Counted from the stretch's first letter, positions 49,063 through 59,525 are shown. The stretch: DNA of 64,000 nt from Candidatus Iainarchaeum sp. (GCA_043803765.1 JAZDJQ010000012.1:66238-130237), one strand, 5' to 3'. Numbers and translations: made by a program. The notes: generated by a model from the letters alone, not told the origin.

Positions 49063-49710
49063 TTGAGAATGGAACCATTACTCTCGATTGACCGGATGGT
49101 TATCAATTCGCTGCATTCTTTTTCATGGCAGGATGTAGGAGTGTGGTTTTCGTATGCGATTATTCTTGCTGTTTATGTTATTCTTATTTGGAATTTTTAT
49201 CGTTCGGTTGCGCGCCGGGATATTTTTGCTCGAACGTTTACCTTTCATCATCCGGGAATCGTTGGTTTTCTTGAGGATTTCATCTTGGCGGTTCTGCGTT
49301 TGGTAAAATACGGGGTGTTCTTTCCCGTGTTTTCCTTTCTTTGGTTTGGAGGATTTGTAGTATTATTATTGGTCGTCGCGCAAAATCAAACGGTTTCCCA
49401 AGTTGTTTTGCTTTCCATCGCCATTGTTTCAGGGGCGCGCATTCTTTCTTACTACAATCAGGATACTGCTCAAGAGTTGGCTAAGATTATTCCAATGGTT
49501 GTTTTGGGTATCGCACTGGTTGAACCGGACTTTTTTGAATTAAATAAAGTCGTTTCCCGTTTGGAAACCATCCCAACATTGTGGAATAGTCTTCTTCCGT
49601 TCATTCTGTATCTTTCATTGCTTGAGCTCACATTGCGTATTTTGCTTTACACGAAGTGGATGATACTGGGAAAGAGTGTGAATGAAGATAGGATTGTTAA
49701 ACAAAAATAA
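49063..49710 (+). CDS. Membrane protein (215 aa), unknown.
   Basis: ORF with 5-6 hydrophobic helices. Confidence 0.45.
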   Translation: MRMEPLLSIDRMVINSLHSFSWQDVGVWFSYAIILAVYVILIWNFYRSVARRDIFARTFTFHHPGIVGFLEDFILAVLRLVKYGVFFPVFSFLWFGGFVVLLLVVAQNQTVSQVVLLSIAIVSGARILSYYNQDTAQELAKIIPMVVLGIALVEPDFFELNKVVSRLETIPTLWNSLLPFILYLSLLELTLRILLYTKWMILGKSVNEDRIVKQK

Positions 49711-49776
49711 AGGTATCATGACAGCATTCTTTCTTTTCATATGGAAATGACAGGGTAGTAGAATAACGTGATTGAT

Positions 49777-52700
49777 TTAGAATCCAATCAATCGGAGGAA
49801 GAATTGGAATAATAGGATGAGTGGATTCAGTGCCGCAATGAAAAAAAGTGAAGTCGATTCAGGAATAGGTAGGTAACATGATTGACTGCATACGCCTCCG
49901 CAATCAATTCCAAGTTCTCCCCTATCATATTGTCCATTCTCGCATGGAGACAAACTTTGAACAATACACCCTTCGTCTATTTCCAAATCGCAGTCATCAT
50001 CTATTCCATTGCATAACTCAATAGATGGAACGCACGATAGAGAAGGATTGTCTCCACCCCCTCCGCTGTTGCCGCTTCCACTATCTCCATCTCCGCCACC
50101 GTTTCCGCCATCTCCTTCTCCTGAATCAGAGTAATCGAAATCATCCTCATCGTCATCATCCTCATTTCCGCTATCGGGTGAAGTGACTTCGAAATTCAAT
50201 AAAACGAAGTTGTCGGTGATGTCGGTTTCGACTATGTTTGAATTTCCACCAGAAAAATCATAGATAATGGGGAAAAGAGACCCGATAAAGCGGTAGGTTC
50301 CCTTGCTTAGATTGAGTGCAGTCGGTTCTACCGTGATGGCGAGTGATGTGGTTCCTTCTGGAATGTCTATTCCCTTTTCCACGGAGGTAACGGGAAGCAA
50401 TGGTTGTGGATAAATGGAATTGTAGTTGTATGTCCGGGCGTTAAAGAAACTTCCAAGAACGAACGGGTCGGGAGACAAGTAGAAAACTTCTGCCATTTTC
50501 CAGAAATCATCCAGTTCCTGGCAGTGGAACGCCCGTTGAGGATCCGGATGGTCGATTCGGCAGAATACCCCAAATATCATACTGCGTGAGTGCGTGTACC
50601 CTTCTCCTGCACTGTGTAGTTTTTGGATAATAAGTTGGAGAGTGGCTTTTTGTCCTAGGGATACGCTGTCAAAGGCCGTGTTTGTTGTGAGGCTTCCTAC
50701 ATTAGGTTCTATGTTCGTGGATCCTCCTATAGTGATGCTGGCAACATTGGAATAGGGGGATAATCCAATGACGGATCGGGCGGCGATGCGGTAATAATAG
50801 GTTCCTTGTTGCACCGTGCCATCTGCATACGTAATCGTTCCGGGTGGCAACCCGTTTTTGATAATGCTCCAATTGAAGTTGTCCGTGCTCCGCTCTACAA
50901 TGTATTCGATTTCATCATCCGCATTGTCATTCCAAATTAGTGTCACGATTCCTCCTTGGATGGTAGCAGTCAAATTGGATGGGGCATTAGGTAAGGGGTC
51001 GTTTATCTGCAAAAACAATGATCCTGATTTCATTCCATTGGGGTGAATCACATACACTTCATGCTGTCCGTTTCCTAGGGAATTTATTTGATTTAGGGAA
51101 AGAGTATACGTGAGTTGTCCGGATGTAACCCATAATGGAGTAATATCTCCCAGACTTCCTATGTGAACTTTGGCGCTCATCTTGAAATTGGTTCCAGTAA
51201 ATGCGAGCAAGGAAGCAGTGTCGGATTCGATATTGTTGGGGGTTATCGCATTCAATGTGGGGGAAATATCTGCAAATAATACTGGAAGGGAATTGCTGTA
51301 TTCTGTTCCTTGTTTTATTCTCACGTTGTGCGTTCCGAGTCCCAGTTGTTGCTGGAACGATGCGGATAATCCTGCCTTGACTTGGGTGGAGTTGACAAAG
51401 GAGCTGAGCGCGAGAACTTTTCCATCGATATCCACTTGATCGGTTGCCGTAAAATTGGACCCATTCAACGTGAGCGTGGTGCCAATCTCATAGGCAATCG
51501 TTGTAGGAGAAAGGGAAGTGAGTGCTAATGTTTGGTCGACTCCCTGCACTGGAACAGCGTTTGAATTCTGTCCACTTTGCGTAACCTGAACAAAGTGGGT
51601 TCCTATTCCAAGCGAGTTGGTTTGGGAAATTGATAGGTTTACCGTGAGAGTAGTTGAATCCACAAAAACGGGAGTCAGAGTCAAACTTCCAATTTTTACT
51701 GTAGCACTGGGTGTGAATCCTACTCCTTTGAGAGTAAGAGAAGCTGTTTTTCCTACTCCAAATTCAGATGGAATGACTTGTCCAAGATAAAAAGTAGCGC
51801 TTGAGGAATATTGGCATCCTTGATAGAAGCTAGTGAAAGCAGGAACACACGTGTAAGGGGGAATAGGATTGATAGCGGTTCCATAGGATTGTAATGGAAC
51901 CACATCGCATGTTTCCCCTGAGTCCAAAACGGAATTTCCGCAATAGGGTTTTCCCGAACAGGAAGCGGAATCAATCACCCAAGAAGATGTAGCCCAGTGA
52001 TAAGTACCGCATCCGATATCTTGGCAATCGGTTAAGAGATTGCAATTGTCATCCGTTCCATTATTGCATGACTCTGCCACGTTGGGATTGATGTTGGGAT
52101 TCCCATCATGGCAATCCCCTGCACAAGTAGTAACGCCATCTCCATCTGCATCCGTACAGGATGGAGTATAATTGGTTGAAAAATAACCATTAAGAAAACC
52201 CTGATTGGCGGCATTGGGAACCCCCATGAAATAAGTGATTCCGCACACTTCATCATCATTCAGCGATTGGATTTGAATTCCTTTTTCGCTCGTCCGGGTG
52301 CGTTGATTGTGAATAGCTTGAAAGCTTTCGGCAAAATCTTGGAAATATTGGTCATACTCTGGAATGAAAGACGGGTCTGTTTTGCGGATGGATTCCGCTA
52401 ACGCCAATGTGGGGCATAGCCCTATTTGCTCCTGCGAGTCGGAGCCTTTCTCTCCATCAAAAAGGGTGTATTTTTCTCCTTGCGTGGAAGTAGCCGCCTT
52501 GTAAACGAACATGTAATAATCGGAGTCGAATCCCTTCCCTTCATTCAACGGATAATCATTGTAGAGAATTCCATTCCGCACAGCAGTAGGATTCTTGTAG
52601 AGATAATGATACACAAAATAGAGTCCATCCTGCACATACTGCCGAATAGTGGCATATTGGGCATCCGTAGTACGGAACACGTCTTCCCCTGCCGCGGCAA

Positions 52701-54738
52701 TACCCATCATGACAAGATAGTGATGAAACGGGTGAAGGGTGTTATACTCATATGTTCCAACTAGGGATGGAAAGTATTTCACAGGAAAGTTTTCTCCCGT
52801 GTACGGATTCACTCCTTGGGATCCTTCTTCTCCTTTGTTCCGGGCTAAATCAATCCAATCGAGTACTGCACTTGCAATCTGCTTGTATTCCGGATTCAGT
52901 GTAAGGGAATACGCCATGCTTGCCTGCTTGAGTGAACGGCCATCACTTCTTCCTTGGGAAGACCCTCCAGTAACCCCTCCTCCATTTTTCCAAAACCAGT
53001 AAAAGGAAAGAGAGCCCGTCTGGGCTTTGGCATCCCCTATGTACCACGCCATTTGGTCATCGGTTAGCATGTACCGATACCATAATACCCCATTAGAAAA
53101 GTGGGCAGTCTCCCATGCGTTCCAACCATGATGATACGGATTCTGACCGCTGGCCTGAGCATAATCCCAAATGTTTTGTCCATAAGCATCAATGCGATGC
53201 GAAAGAGGAGTTCCCTTCGTTGGATGACAAAAACCAAGAATATCAGGAGCATTATAGGTTTGGCCGCACTTCGTTGGACTGGTGGGACCTGTTCCTACTC
53301 CTTCGATAAGGGGAGCGGCATACGCATTGGGAAGAGCTTTAGGATTCTTGATCGTGGAATACCCTACTACGTAATTGGAACCATATGTTTCACTATACAT
53401 TTGGAACCGCATGGCATCCACTGCTCTTTTTTGGCAATGGTCCTGGCAACTGTAAAGGTAAGCCACCAATTGGGGTGGTTCAGCTTGGTAGTAGTCATAG
53501 TATCCTCCCGAGCGGAGGTCCTTATTCAATAAATTGGGGGAAAAACGATAACCTTTGTTCCCGTTGATCGTGTCCGTGTAGATAGTAGTATATTGTGATG
53601 TAGCCAGTCCTTTCACATCAAGGGATGGATTCACTTTCAAAGGGTTGGGGACTTCCGAAAAGAAATAACCGCTTATTTTGTTCCAGCGGGAAAGAGTTTG
53701 ACCCGAATTAATCACATATTCTTCTATTGGATGCTGGACGAATGGCACGCCAAACGTTATCACAAATCGGGTTAGGAAACCCTGTCCGGATCCAATGAAG
53801 TTGCTTTGCTGGGCTAGACTCGGCCCCTCATTATGAGTGTCTTTCAATAATTGTTGTCCATTTGCAGGCATGATTACTAATTCGGTGTGCGTAGAAGTGG
53901 TCTCCACCTCATTGATGGCCGTAGGAAAAATGAATGATTCATCCATCAAATAGGTAGTGTGCGCGTCGCCAGGAGTATCCACTACTATTTTTGCATCCGT
54001 GTAAAAAATAGCCCCATAATTTGGATTCTCATACAAGTAGCCATTATTGAATCCTCCTGTTGGCTGCGGCTCGGGGTCTTCATCCAAGTTATTTGAATTG
54101 ACTAGGAAATGGTCCACCGTAACATAGGGTTTTCCCGAGTAGGCGGTGATGAGGAAAACGGAAGAAAAAAGATGAGTCAACTCTTCGCTACCAGTTGCCG
54201 GGTCATGCCGTTTAACGATACGCCATGTTTTTTCCACGGGACCATTACGCACCAGCGTAACATTCCCAGAATAGGATGGACTGTCCACATCCACAAAAGT
54301 AGTATATAACCCTCCTTTGATATCATGCACTTCTACTTTCATTTTGCCATTTGTAAGAAAGGAATTAACCCTCGAATCCATCACAAAAGAAGGAGGGCTT
54401 CCTGAGTAAGTACCAATAGTGAAAATCTTTTCTTGATTTGGATTTAGTGTGACTAAAACTTTGGCAACGGCCGTTTTGACATAGCCGCTCTTATAGAAAC
54501 TCGTGGCATCTGCTTGCGTGATAAGATTCCCCGTTCCGCTCTGCAATTGGATTCCTGAAATTTGATCGGGTGTTTTTTCCCCATCCGAAAAGGATAGAGG
54601 AACGTGCACGGGATGATCGGTTACTAATCCCCCGGCGTTTTGAATAAACACCTCGGAGTCGGTTAAGGCCGAAACAGAAATGCTCCAACAGAACCAAAAA
54701 AATAAGACGATCCAAAAAAAATGGGGAAACGTTTTCAT
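49777..54738 (-). CDS. Large secreted multidomain protein (1653 aa). Contains a signal peptide, IPT/TIG-like and FN3 repeats, MopE-like Cys/Asp metal-binding motifs, an acidic Gly/Asp-rich linker and an extreme C-terminal hydrophobic tail.
   Basis: Signal peptide MKTFPHFFWIVLFFWFCWSISVSA. FN3 segment PNAPSNLTATIQGGIVTLIWNDN…YYYRIAARS. MopE-like segment CAGDCHDGNPNINPNVAESCNNGTDDNC. C-terminus …SLFFIAALNPLILLFQFFLRLIGF. Confidence 0.85.
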   Translation of the reverse strand: MKTFPHFFWIVLFFWFCWSISVSALTDSEVFIQNAGGLVTDHPVHVPLSFSDGEKTPDQISGIQLQSGTGNLITQADATSFYKSGYVKTAVAKVLVTLNPNQEKIFTIGTYSGSPPSFVMDSRVNSFLTNGKMKVEVHDIKGGLYTTFVDVDSPSYSGNVTLVRNGPVEKTWRIVKRHDPATGSEELTHLFSSVFLITAYSGKPYVTVDHFLVNSNNLDEDPEPQPTGGFNNGYLYENPNYGAIFYTDAKIVVDTPGDAHTTYLMDESFIFPTAINEVETTSTHTELVIMPANGQQLLKDTHNEGPSLAQQSNFIGSGQGFLTRFVITFGVPFVQHPIEEYVINSGQTLSRWNKISGYFFSEVPNPLKVNPSLDVKGLATSQYTTIYTDTINGNKGYRFSPNLLNKDLRSGGYYDYYQAEPPQLVAYLYSCQDHCQKRAVDAMRFQMYSETYGSNYVVGYSTIKNPKALPNAYAAPLIEGVGTGPTSPTKCGQTYNAPDILGFCHPTKGTPLSHRIDAYGQNIWDYAQASGQNPYHHGWNAWETAHFSNGVLWYRYMLTDDQMAWYIGDAKAQTGSLSFYWFWKNGGGVTGGSSQGRSDGRSLKQASMAYSLTLNPEYKQIASAVLDWIDLARNKGEEGSQGVNPYTGENFPVKYFPSLVGTYEYNTLHPFHHYLVMMGIAAAGEDVFRTTDAQYATIRQYVQDGLYFVYHYLYKNPTAVRNGILYNDYPLNEGKGFDSDYYMFVYKAATSTQGEKYTLFDGEKGSDSQEQIGLCPTLALAESIRKTDPSFIPEYDQYFQDFAESFQAIHNQRTRTSEKGIQIQSLNDDEVCGITYFMGVPNAANQGFLNGYFSTNYTPSCTDADGDGVTTCAGDCHDGNPNINPNVAESCNNGTDDNCNLLTDCQDIGCGTYHWATSSWVIDSASCSGKPYCGNSVLDSGETCDVVPLQSYGTAINPIPPYTCVPAFTSFYQGCQYSSSATFYLGQVIPSEFGVGKTASLTLKGVGFTPSATVKIGSLTLTPVFVDSTTLTVNLSISQTNSLGIGTHFVQVTQSGQNSNAVPVQGVDQTLALTSLSPTTIAYEIGTTLTLNGSNFTATDQVDIDGKVLALSSFVNSTQVKAGLSASFQQQLGLGTHNVRIKQGTEYSNSLPVLFADISPTLNAITPNNIESDTASLLAFTGTNFKMSAKVHIGSLGDITPLWVTSGQLTYTLSLNQINSLGNGQHEVYVIHPNGMKSGSLFLQINDPLPNAPSNLTATIQGGIVTLIWNDNADDEIEYIVERSTDNFNWSIIKNGLPPGTITYADGTVQQGTYYYRIAARSVIGLSPYSNVASITIGGSTNIEPNVGSLTTNTAFDSVSLGQKATLQLIIQKLHSAGEGYTHSRSMIFGVFCRIDHPDPQRAFHCQELDDFWKMAEVFYLSPDPFVLGSFFNARTYNYNSIYPQPLLPVTSVEKGIDIPEGTTSLAITVEPTALNLSKGTYRFIGSLFPIIYDFSGGNSNIVETDITDNFVLLNFEVTSPDSGNEDDDDEDDFDYSDSGEGDGGNGGGDGDSGSGNSGGGGDNPSLSCVPSIELCNGIDDDCDLEIDEGCIVQSLSPCENGQYDRGELGIDCGGVCSQSCYLPIPESTSLFFIAALNPLILLFQFFLRLIGF

Positions 54739-54988
54739 GGGCAGGAAAACGATCTTCTTTTAGAATATAAACAAATGCAGTATTCCGGCTTTCCCCGCAA
54801 CATATTAAAAAAAAGAACTTAAAAAAAAGGCATTAGCCCAATACTGCATTTAATTTTTTTTAATTCACTTTTATGGACAAATCGCGGTATTCCAGAGGCT
54901 TCCAATACCCAGTATAATCCAACGATACGTTAAGAATTAACACATGAAAAACACCCCTTCTTAAAAAGAAAGAAAATTCCCCTTGCCT

Positions 54989-55504
54989 ATGCAGAAAAAA
55001 AATGGGCAGGGAAGTATCGAATACTTACTCTTGATTGGAGGCGTAATATTAGTAGGAGTCATTATCCTCGTGATGGTGTTCGACGTTGCAGGGAAGGGAA
55101 AAGACATTTTACAATACAACTTGTACGCCAGCACTAAAATCACCGACACAACATTTGATAATACTTTTATTCCTCTCACGGATTTGTTTTTTGACGCGAT
55201 GGGTGCCCCGGCATCCGTGATTTTCACATATTCCGCTCCGGGGGCGAATGAGTTTTTACTTGTAGTGGAAAAAGGAGAACATGGAAAAATTGATGTATAT
55301 GATACTTCCATCGCGTTCACAGAAAATGCAGATGAACTCATCATGTATTCGCTCCCATTTTTTGAAACAAGCGCCACGTTGGGAGGATTAGAAGACTGCA
55401 CTCAATATTATTTCCGTCTACGCGCTTGCAGCAGCAGTGGCATTTGCAAAGTATCCGAAGTGGTATCGGCGACCCCTGCGTCAATAGGATATCCCTGCTC
55501 ATGA
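54989..55504 (+). CDS. Pilin-like protein with a class III signal peptide.
   Basis: MQKKNGQGSIEYLLLIGGVILVGVIILV has a basic n-region, G at -1, and Glu shortly after the cleavage site. Confidence 0.55.
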   Translation: MQKKNGQGSIEYLLLIGGVILVGVIILVMVFDVAGKGKDILQYNLYASTKITDTTFDNTFIPLTDLFFDAMGAPASVIFTYSAPGANEFLLVVEKGEHGKIDVYDTSIAFTENADELIMYSLPFFETSATLGGLEDCTQYYFRLRACSSSGICKVSEVVSATPASIGYPCS

Positions 55505-55507
55505 TAA

Positions 55508-56239
55508 TCAATCAATCATGCGAAAAAATAATACGAATCCTACTAAAATGGGTTGGTGAATGAGATAGATGAGAAGTGATTTTCTTCCCAACCATGCAAT
55601 AATGGAAGCGCTCTGTCGAGTAAGAAAAAAACATTCTCCCACCCTACCATATCGTTTATACCAATAATGACCAAACCCCATTCCAAGCAACATCAATCCA
55701 AACCATGGCAGTAAGGGAAAATAATCAAACGTGGTAAAAATGAAAGGAAAAATTCCAATCCAGTGGGGAAAAGAAAAAAGAGAAGGAGTAAGTGATAATC
55801 CTATTCCAATAAGTAAGACTATTGTTCCTATTCCTATTGCAACGCGAGGATGTTGCGCAAAAGGAATGGATAATATCATTCCTGCTCCTAAAAAGTGAAG
55901 AATGCCAAACCAGATAGTATACGCAGGGAATAGAAAGTATGTTACAAGGGTGATAATTCCTCCTAATCCAATCAAAAATAGTCCTCTTCTCAAAAGATAG
56001 GTTGTTACATTTTTTCCTTTTCGATTAAAAGCAAGCGGAATCGTTATTCCTGCAAGAAAAACAAACATTCCTGCAATGATGCGTGCAAACCAAAACCATG
56101 CACCCGTATGGATGCTTATTTCCAACACGTTAAAATAATTCAAATCAAAAAAAAAATGAAATAGTATCATCCCTAGCACCGCAAGACCGCGAAGAAAATC
56201 AAAAAAAACGATTCGTCCCAGAAAAATACCTACCGGCAT
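55508..56239 (-). CDS. DUF1624/HGSNAT-like membrane acyltransferase family protein.
   Basis: RIVFFDFLRGLAVLGMILFHFFFD is the typical N-terminal motif of this family. About 9 TM helices. Start taken at ATG 56239. Confidence 0.55.
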   Translation of the reverse strand: MPVGIFLGRIVFFDFLRGLAVLGMILFHFFFDLNYFNVLEISIHTGAWFWFARIIAGMFVFLAGITIPLAFNRKGKNVTTYLLRRGLFLIGLGGIITLVTYFLFPAYTIWFGILHFLGAGMILSIPFAQHPRVAIGIGTIVLLIGIGLSLTPSLFSFPHWIGIFPFIFTTFDYFPLLPWFGLMLLGMGFGHYWYKRYGRVGECFFLTRQSASIIAWLGRKSLLIYLIHQPILVGFVLFFRMID

Positions 56240-56246
56240 AACTTTC

Positions 56247-56549
56247 TCACACAACACCCATGAATATCCACACAAACCGTTGTCGTGCTACTTTATACAC
56301 GCGCTTCTCCTCATCTGTGAGAGAATACACAACTTTTTTTCCCTCTTTTTCCTCGTGAATAAGACCTATTTCTTTGAGTGACTTTAATGCAGGGTAAATG
56401 GTTCCCGGGCTGGGTCGTTCTCCTTTTCTTTTTTCCAGTTCAATGGCAATTTCCTGTCCGTGCATCGACTTTTTAGAAAGGAGAAAAAGAATAAGGAAAG
56501 AGAGCAATCCCCGCATGTCGCAGCAAGTCTTTTCTTTTGTTTTCACCAT
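56247..56549 (-). CDS. PadR-family transcriptional regulator.
   Basis: MRGLLSFLILFLLSKKSMHGQEIAIELEKRKGERPSPGTIYPALKSLKEIGLI is a PadR winged-helix signature. Confidence 0.8.
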   Translation of the reverse strand: MVKTKEKTCCDMRGLLSFLILFLLSKKSMHGQEIAIELEKRKGERPSPGTIYPALKSLKEIGLIHEEKEGKKVVYSLTDEEKRVYKVARQRFVWIFMGVV

Positions 56550-56610
56550 GCTGTCTATCGGGCACCCGACTTATATAAAGGGGATTGTTGCAAACAATCA
56601 GTTGCTCAGA

Positions 56611-57252
56611 CTAATTTATTTTCTTCCCATTTTCATAAACAGTCATTTTGCGTTTGCGTAATTCTTTGAAAAAGTACACTGGAGGAACCACTGCTTCTGG
56701 AGCAAAACTTCCTCTTTCAGAAATTACTTTTTCCTTTATCATTTGAGCGATAATACTTGCTGGCATGCCCGTGTCAATGTTACACCCGGCATCCATCCAA
56801 CCAGGAAGCGTATTTACAATACACTCAATCAGCAACATTTTTCGTTCGTGGTTTTTCTTTCCGTAGATACGAAGCCACAAGTTTTCCTTTTCTTTATAAC
56901 CTTTTGGAAATTCAATATCTTTGAATGTTTGAGTTACAACATCGATTGGACGAACGTATTTCCCATCAACTAAAACTTTATCTTGGCGGCCTAATCCAAC
57001 GTCAATTATTTTCTTGATGACGTCAAATGAATGTGGTGGAAATTCAGCAAAAAAACGGACATTTTTCAATCCCTTATGCTTAAAATAGTGATAAAACGTA
57101 TACGTTTCCGGATGTCGAACATAAAAACAATACTCTTTTCCTACGAATGGTTCTTTTGTTCGTTTCAATGAATCCATTGGGCGGGATTTAACGAATTTTC
57201 CACCCTCAACATTAGTAGAGGGTTCGGTAAACTCCTCGATTATACTTTCCAT
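56611..57252 (-). CDS. Probable C-terminal part of the same saccharopine-dehydrogenase-like gene (same frame, downstream of the TAG).
   Basis: Same reading frame as 57310..57765. The 57-nt spacer has no further stops and translates as *IEVGFAWNSNIKKFVVPFS-MESII…. Confidence 0.45.
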   Translation of the reverse strand: MESIIEEFTEPSTNVEGGKFVKSRPMDSLKRTKEPFVGKEYCFYVRHPETYTFYHYFKHKGLKNVRFFAEFPPHSFDVIKKIIDVGLGRQDKVLVDGKYVRPIDVVTQTFKDIEFPKGYKEKENLWLRIYGKKNHERKMLLIECIVNTLPGWMDAGCNIDTGMPASIIAQMIKEKVISERGSFAPEAVVPPVYFFKELRKRKMTVYENGKKIN

Positions 57253-57309
57253 CGAAAATGGAACAACAAATTTCTTTATGTTCGAATTCCATGCAAAACC
57301 GACTTCAAT

Positions 57310-57765
57310 CTAATAAAGTGAGTCAAATTTTTGTGCAGCATGATTGAGCATAACGTTACCGATGCCCGGAACCGAACCGCACCCCGTAATATGGGTGAGG
57401 CCTTTACGTTTCAACGTGCCGTGAAGTGCAAATTGTTTTCGTGTCATGGGTATTTCAGAACCCAAATCAATGGAATGAATTCCTGCTTTGACGCTTGCCT
57501 TCAGGATGTTTAAATTCCAATCTCCTTCAACACAGTTTACAACCACACTCGCTCCAGATTGACGAAATGTTTTAACCATTTTTGGAATGTTACGAGCATC
57601 AAGATACTCAAATTTTGTTTTTTTATAACGACCTAATAAATGCTTGACTCTTTCCTTATCGCGTCCGCATAATAAAACTGCACACCCATTTTCTAAAAGG
57701 TCACGTGCAACAATACGTCCTTGTATCCCGGTCGCTCCAATCACAACGAAATCAAACATTACCAC
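57310..57765 (-). CDS. Saccharopine dehydrogenase-family NAD(P)-binding domain, the N-terminal part of a gene interrupted by an in-frame TAG.
   Basis: FDFVVIGATGIQGRIVARDLL is a Rossmann motif. …ITGCGSVPGIGNVMLNHAAQ matches the GxDPG..N region of the family. Confidence 0.7.
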   Translation of the reverse strand: MVMFDFVVIGATGIQGRIVARDLLENGCAVLLCGRDKERVKHLLGRYKKTKFEYLDARNIPKMVKTFRQSGASVVVNCVEGDWNLNILKASVKAGIHSIDLGSEIPMTRKQFALHGTLKRKGLTHITGCGSVPGIGNVMLNHAAQKFDSLY

Positions 57766-57919
57766 CAGGCGATAGTTTACTAGAATATAAAAATATGTTT
57801 AGAAAATGAAGACGGATACCTATAAACGGGTTGTTGGCATACTCATCCTGCCTATTAGAATCAAAAATAATGACCGGAAAGACAAACCTTTTTACAACTG
57901 CCTATTATGGAAATACATT

Positions 57920-58813
57920 ATGCCTTTGATTGAGGGTTTCGATATTGGTGGAACTTCTATTCGTGCAGCACTTATTAGAAATGAAAAAATGATTGCAAAA
58001 AAAACCATTCCAAGCACAAAAGAGGGACATGAAAAACTTTTTTCGACCATCCAAATCCTTTCAAAGGAAATTAGAAGCAGCCTTGTTGATGAGAAAGTAG
58101 ACTATACCGTGATTGGCCTTCCGGGCCCAACGCAAGATAGGGTGTTGCTTAATTCTGCAACACTTGGAATTGCCTCTCCTGTCTCGCTCGAACCGCTCTT
58201 TCATTTTTTTCCTAATCCCCTGCGTTTTGAAAATGATATGAAACTAGCAGTAAAAGCCGAGTATTTTCATGAACAAGGAAAGAAACAGGACTCATTTTAT
58301 GTCCTAACATTTAGCACAGGGATTGGTGCTGGACTCGTATGGAATAAGAAAGTATTGGAAGGAACCATGGGAGAATTTGGCCATATCATATTGAACACTC
58401 ACACAAAGTCTCCTGCATGTTCATTAGGGCACACGGGTTGCTGGTTTGCATATTCTTCTGGGTTTGGAATCCAGAAACGTGCTGAAAAAGAAATGAATCA
58501 GTCACTTTCCACGATCGATGTTTTTTCGTTAGCCAAAGAAGGAAATGCGATCGCTTCATCAATCATTTCAGATGCACGAAGAGCAAACGCTCAAGGGATT
58601 GGCACCATGTTGAATGTATTTGCAGTTGAACGGATAGTCGTGATGGGAAGTATTGGATTGTCCCAATTTACTGAAATTATTCCAACGGTAAAAGAAATCC
58701 AGCCCTACACGATTCACCCTATTCCCTCCATCATTCCTACGAGTCTAGGAGATGACATTGGATTGTGGGGGGCATACTATTCGGGTGTTTCTTCTCTTTT
58801 AAAAAAAAGTTAA
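57920..58813 (+). CDS. ROK-family sugar kinase (glucokinase-like).
   Basis: MPLIEGFDIGGTSIRAAL. ROK Cys motif CSLGHTGCWFAYSSG. Earlier in-frame start at 57806 is unlikely. Confidence 0.8.
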   Translation: MPLIEGFDIGGTSIRAALIRNEKMIAKKTIPSTKEGHEKLFSTIQILSKEIRSSLVDEKVDYTVIGLPGPTQDRVLLNSATLGIASPVSLEPLFHFFPNPLRFENDMKLAVKAEYFHEQGKKQDSFYVLTFSTGIGAGLVWNKKVLEGTMGEFGHIILNTHTKSPACSLGHTGCWFAYSSGFGIQKRAEKEMNQSLSTIDVFSLAKEGNAIASSIISDARRANAQGIGTMLNVFAVERIVVMGSIGLSQFTEIIPTVKEIQPYTIHPIPSIIPTSLGDDIGLWGAYYSGVSSLLKKS

Positions 58814-58838
58814 AGGTAATGAAAAAAGCATAGAAATG

Positions 58839-59423
58839 TTATTTTAGGCATTGAAAACGATAATACCCATATCCTTTCATTCCTAGGTATTTTACGTTGT
58901 CAAGTTTGAACCCTGCTTTTTGAAAAATAGATTTAATGTCTTTATCAAAAAACATTCGTGGATGCTCATCATATTGAACATTGTGAGTAGTCATAAAAAG
59001 TAATGAGAGATAGTTTCGCCAATTATTCAATAATGGAATTCCAATCACAATTACCGCACCCTTTTTACTTACACGGGTTAATTCTTTCAAAAATCCGTTT
59101 ACTTGCCCCAAGTGTTCAAAAACATCAATAGCAATAATTTGCTCAAAAGAATTGTCGGGAAAAGGCCATTCATTGCGGGCATCAAAGCACACCGCTTCAA
59201 TTCCTTCGGACTGAAGCAGCTTGACGGACGCACTCGAAATATCTCCACAAACTAACTTGTGTATATGGGGTGTCTGTAATCGAGTCGTGATGCCCGAACC
59301 GATATTTAAAGTCGGAACATCGGCCAATCCGCTAAGAAATTTTTCATCGATTTTAGCTTTTCGCAACGCATGTTCCCGCTTTTCAGGACGATCAAAGTAC
59401 TTCTCATAATCATAGTCCAGCAT
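58839..59423 (-). CDS. Class I SAM-dependent methyltransferase.
   Basis: LNIGSG (motif I), …VCGDIS, AIDVFEHL (motif post II/III). Confidence 0.75.
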   Translation of the reverse strand: MLDYDYEKYFDRPEKREHALRKAKIDEKFLSGLADVPTLNIGSGITTRLQTPHIHKLVCGDISSASVKLLQSEGIEAVCFDARNEWPFPDNSFEQIIAIDVFEHLGQVNGFLKELTRVSKKGAVIVIGIPLLNNWRNYLSLLFMTTHNVQYDEHPRMFFDKDIKSIFQKAGFKLDNVKYLGMKGYGYYRFQCLK

Positions 59424-59525
59424 ACTCTACGTAGACGCACTATCTTTTTTACACTATCGATAACCCCAAAAAAATCGAATAACGATCGTATTCTCTAGCG
59501 ATTCCCATGCAATAGAAAAATAAGG

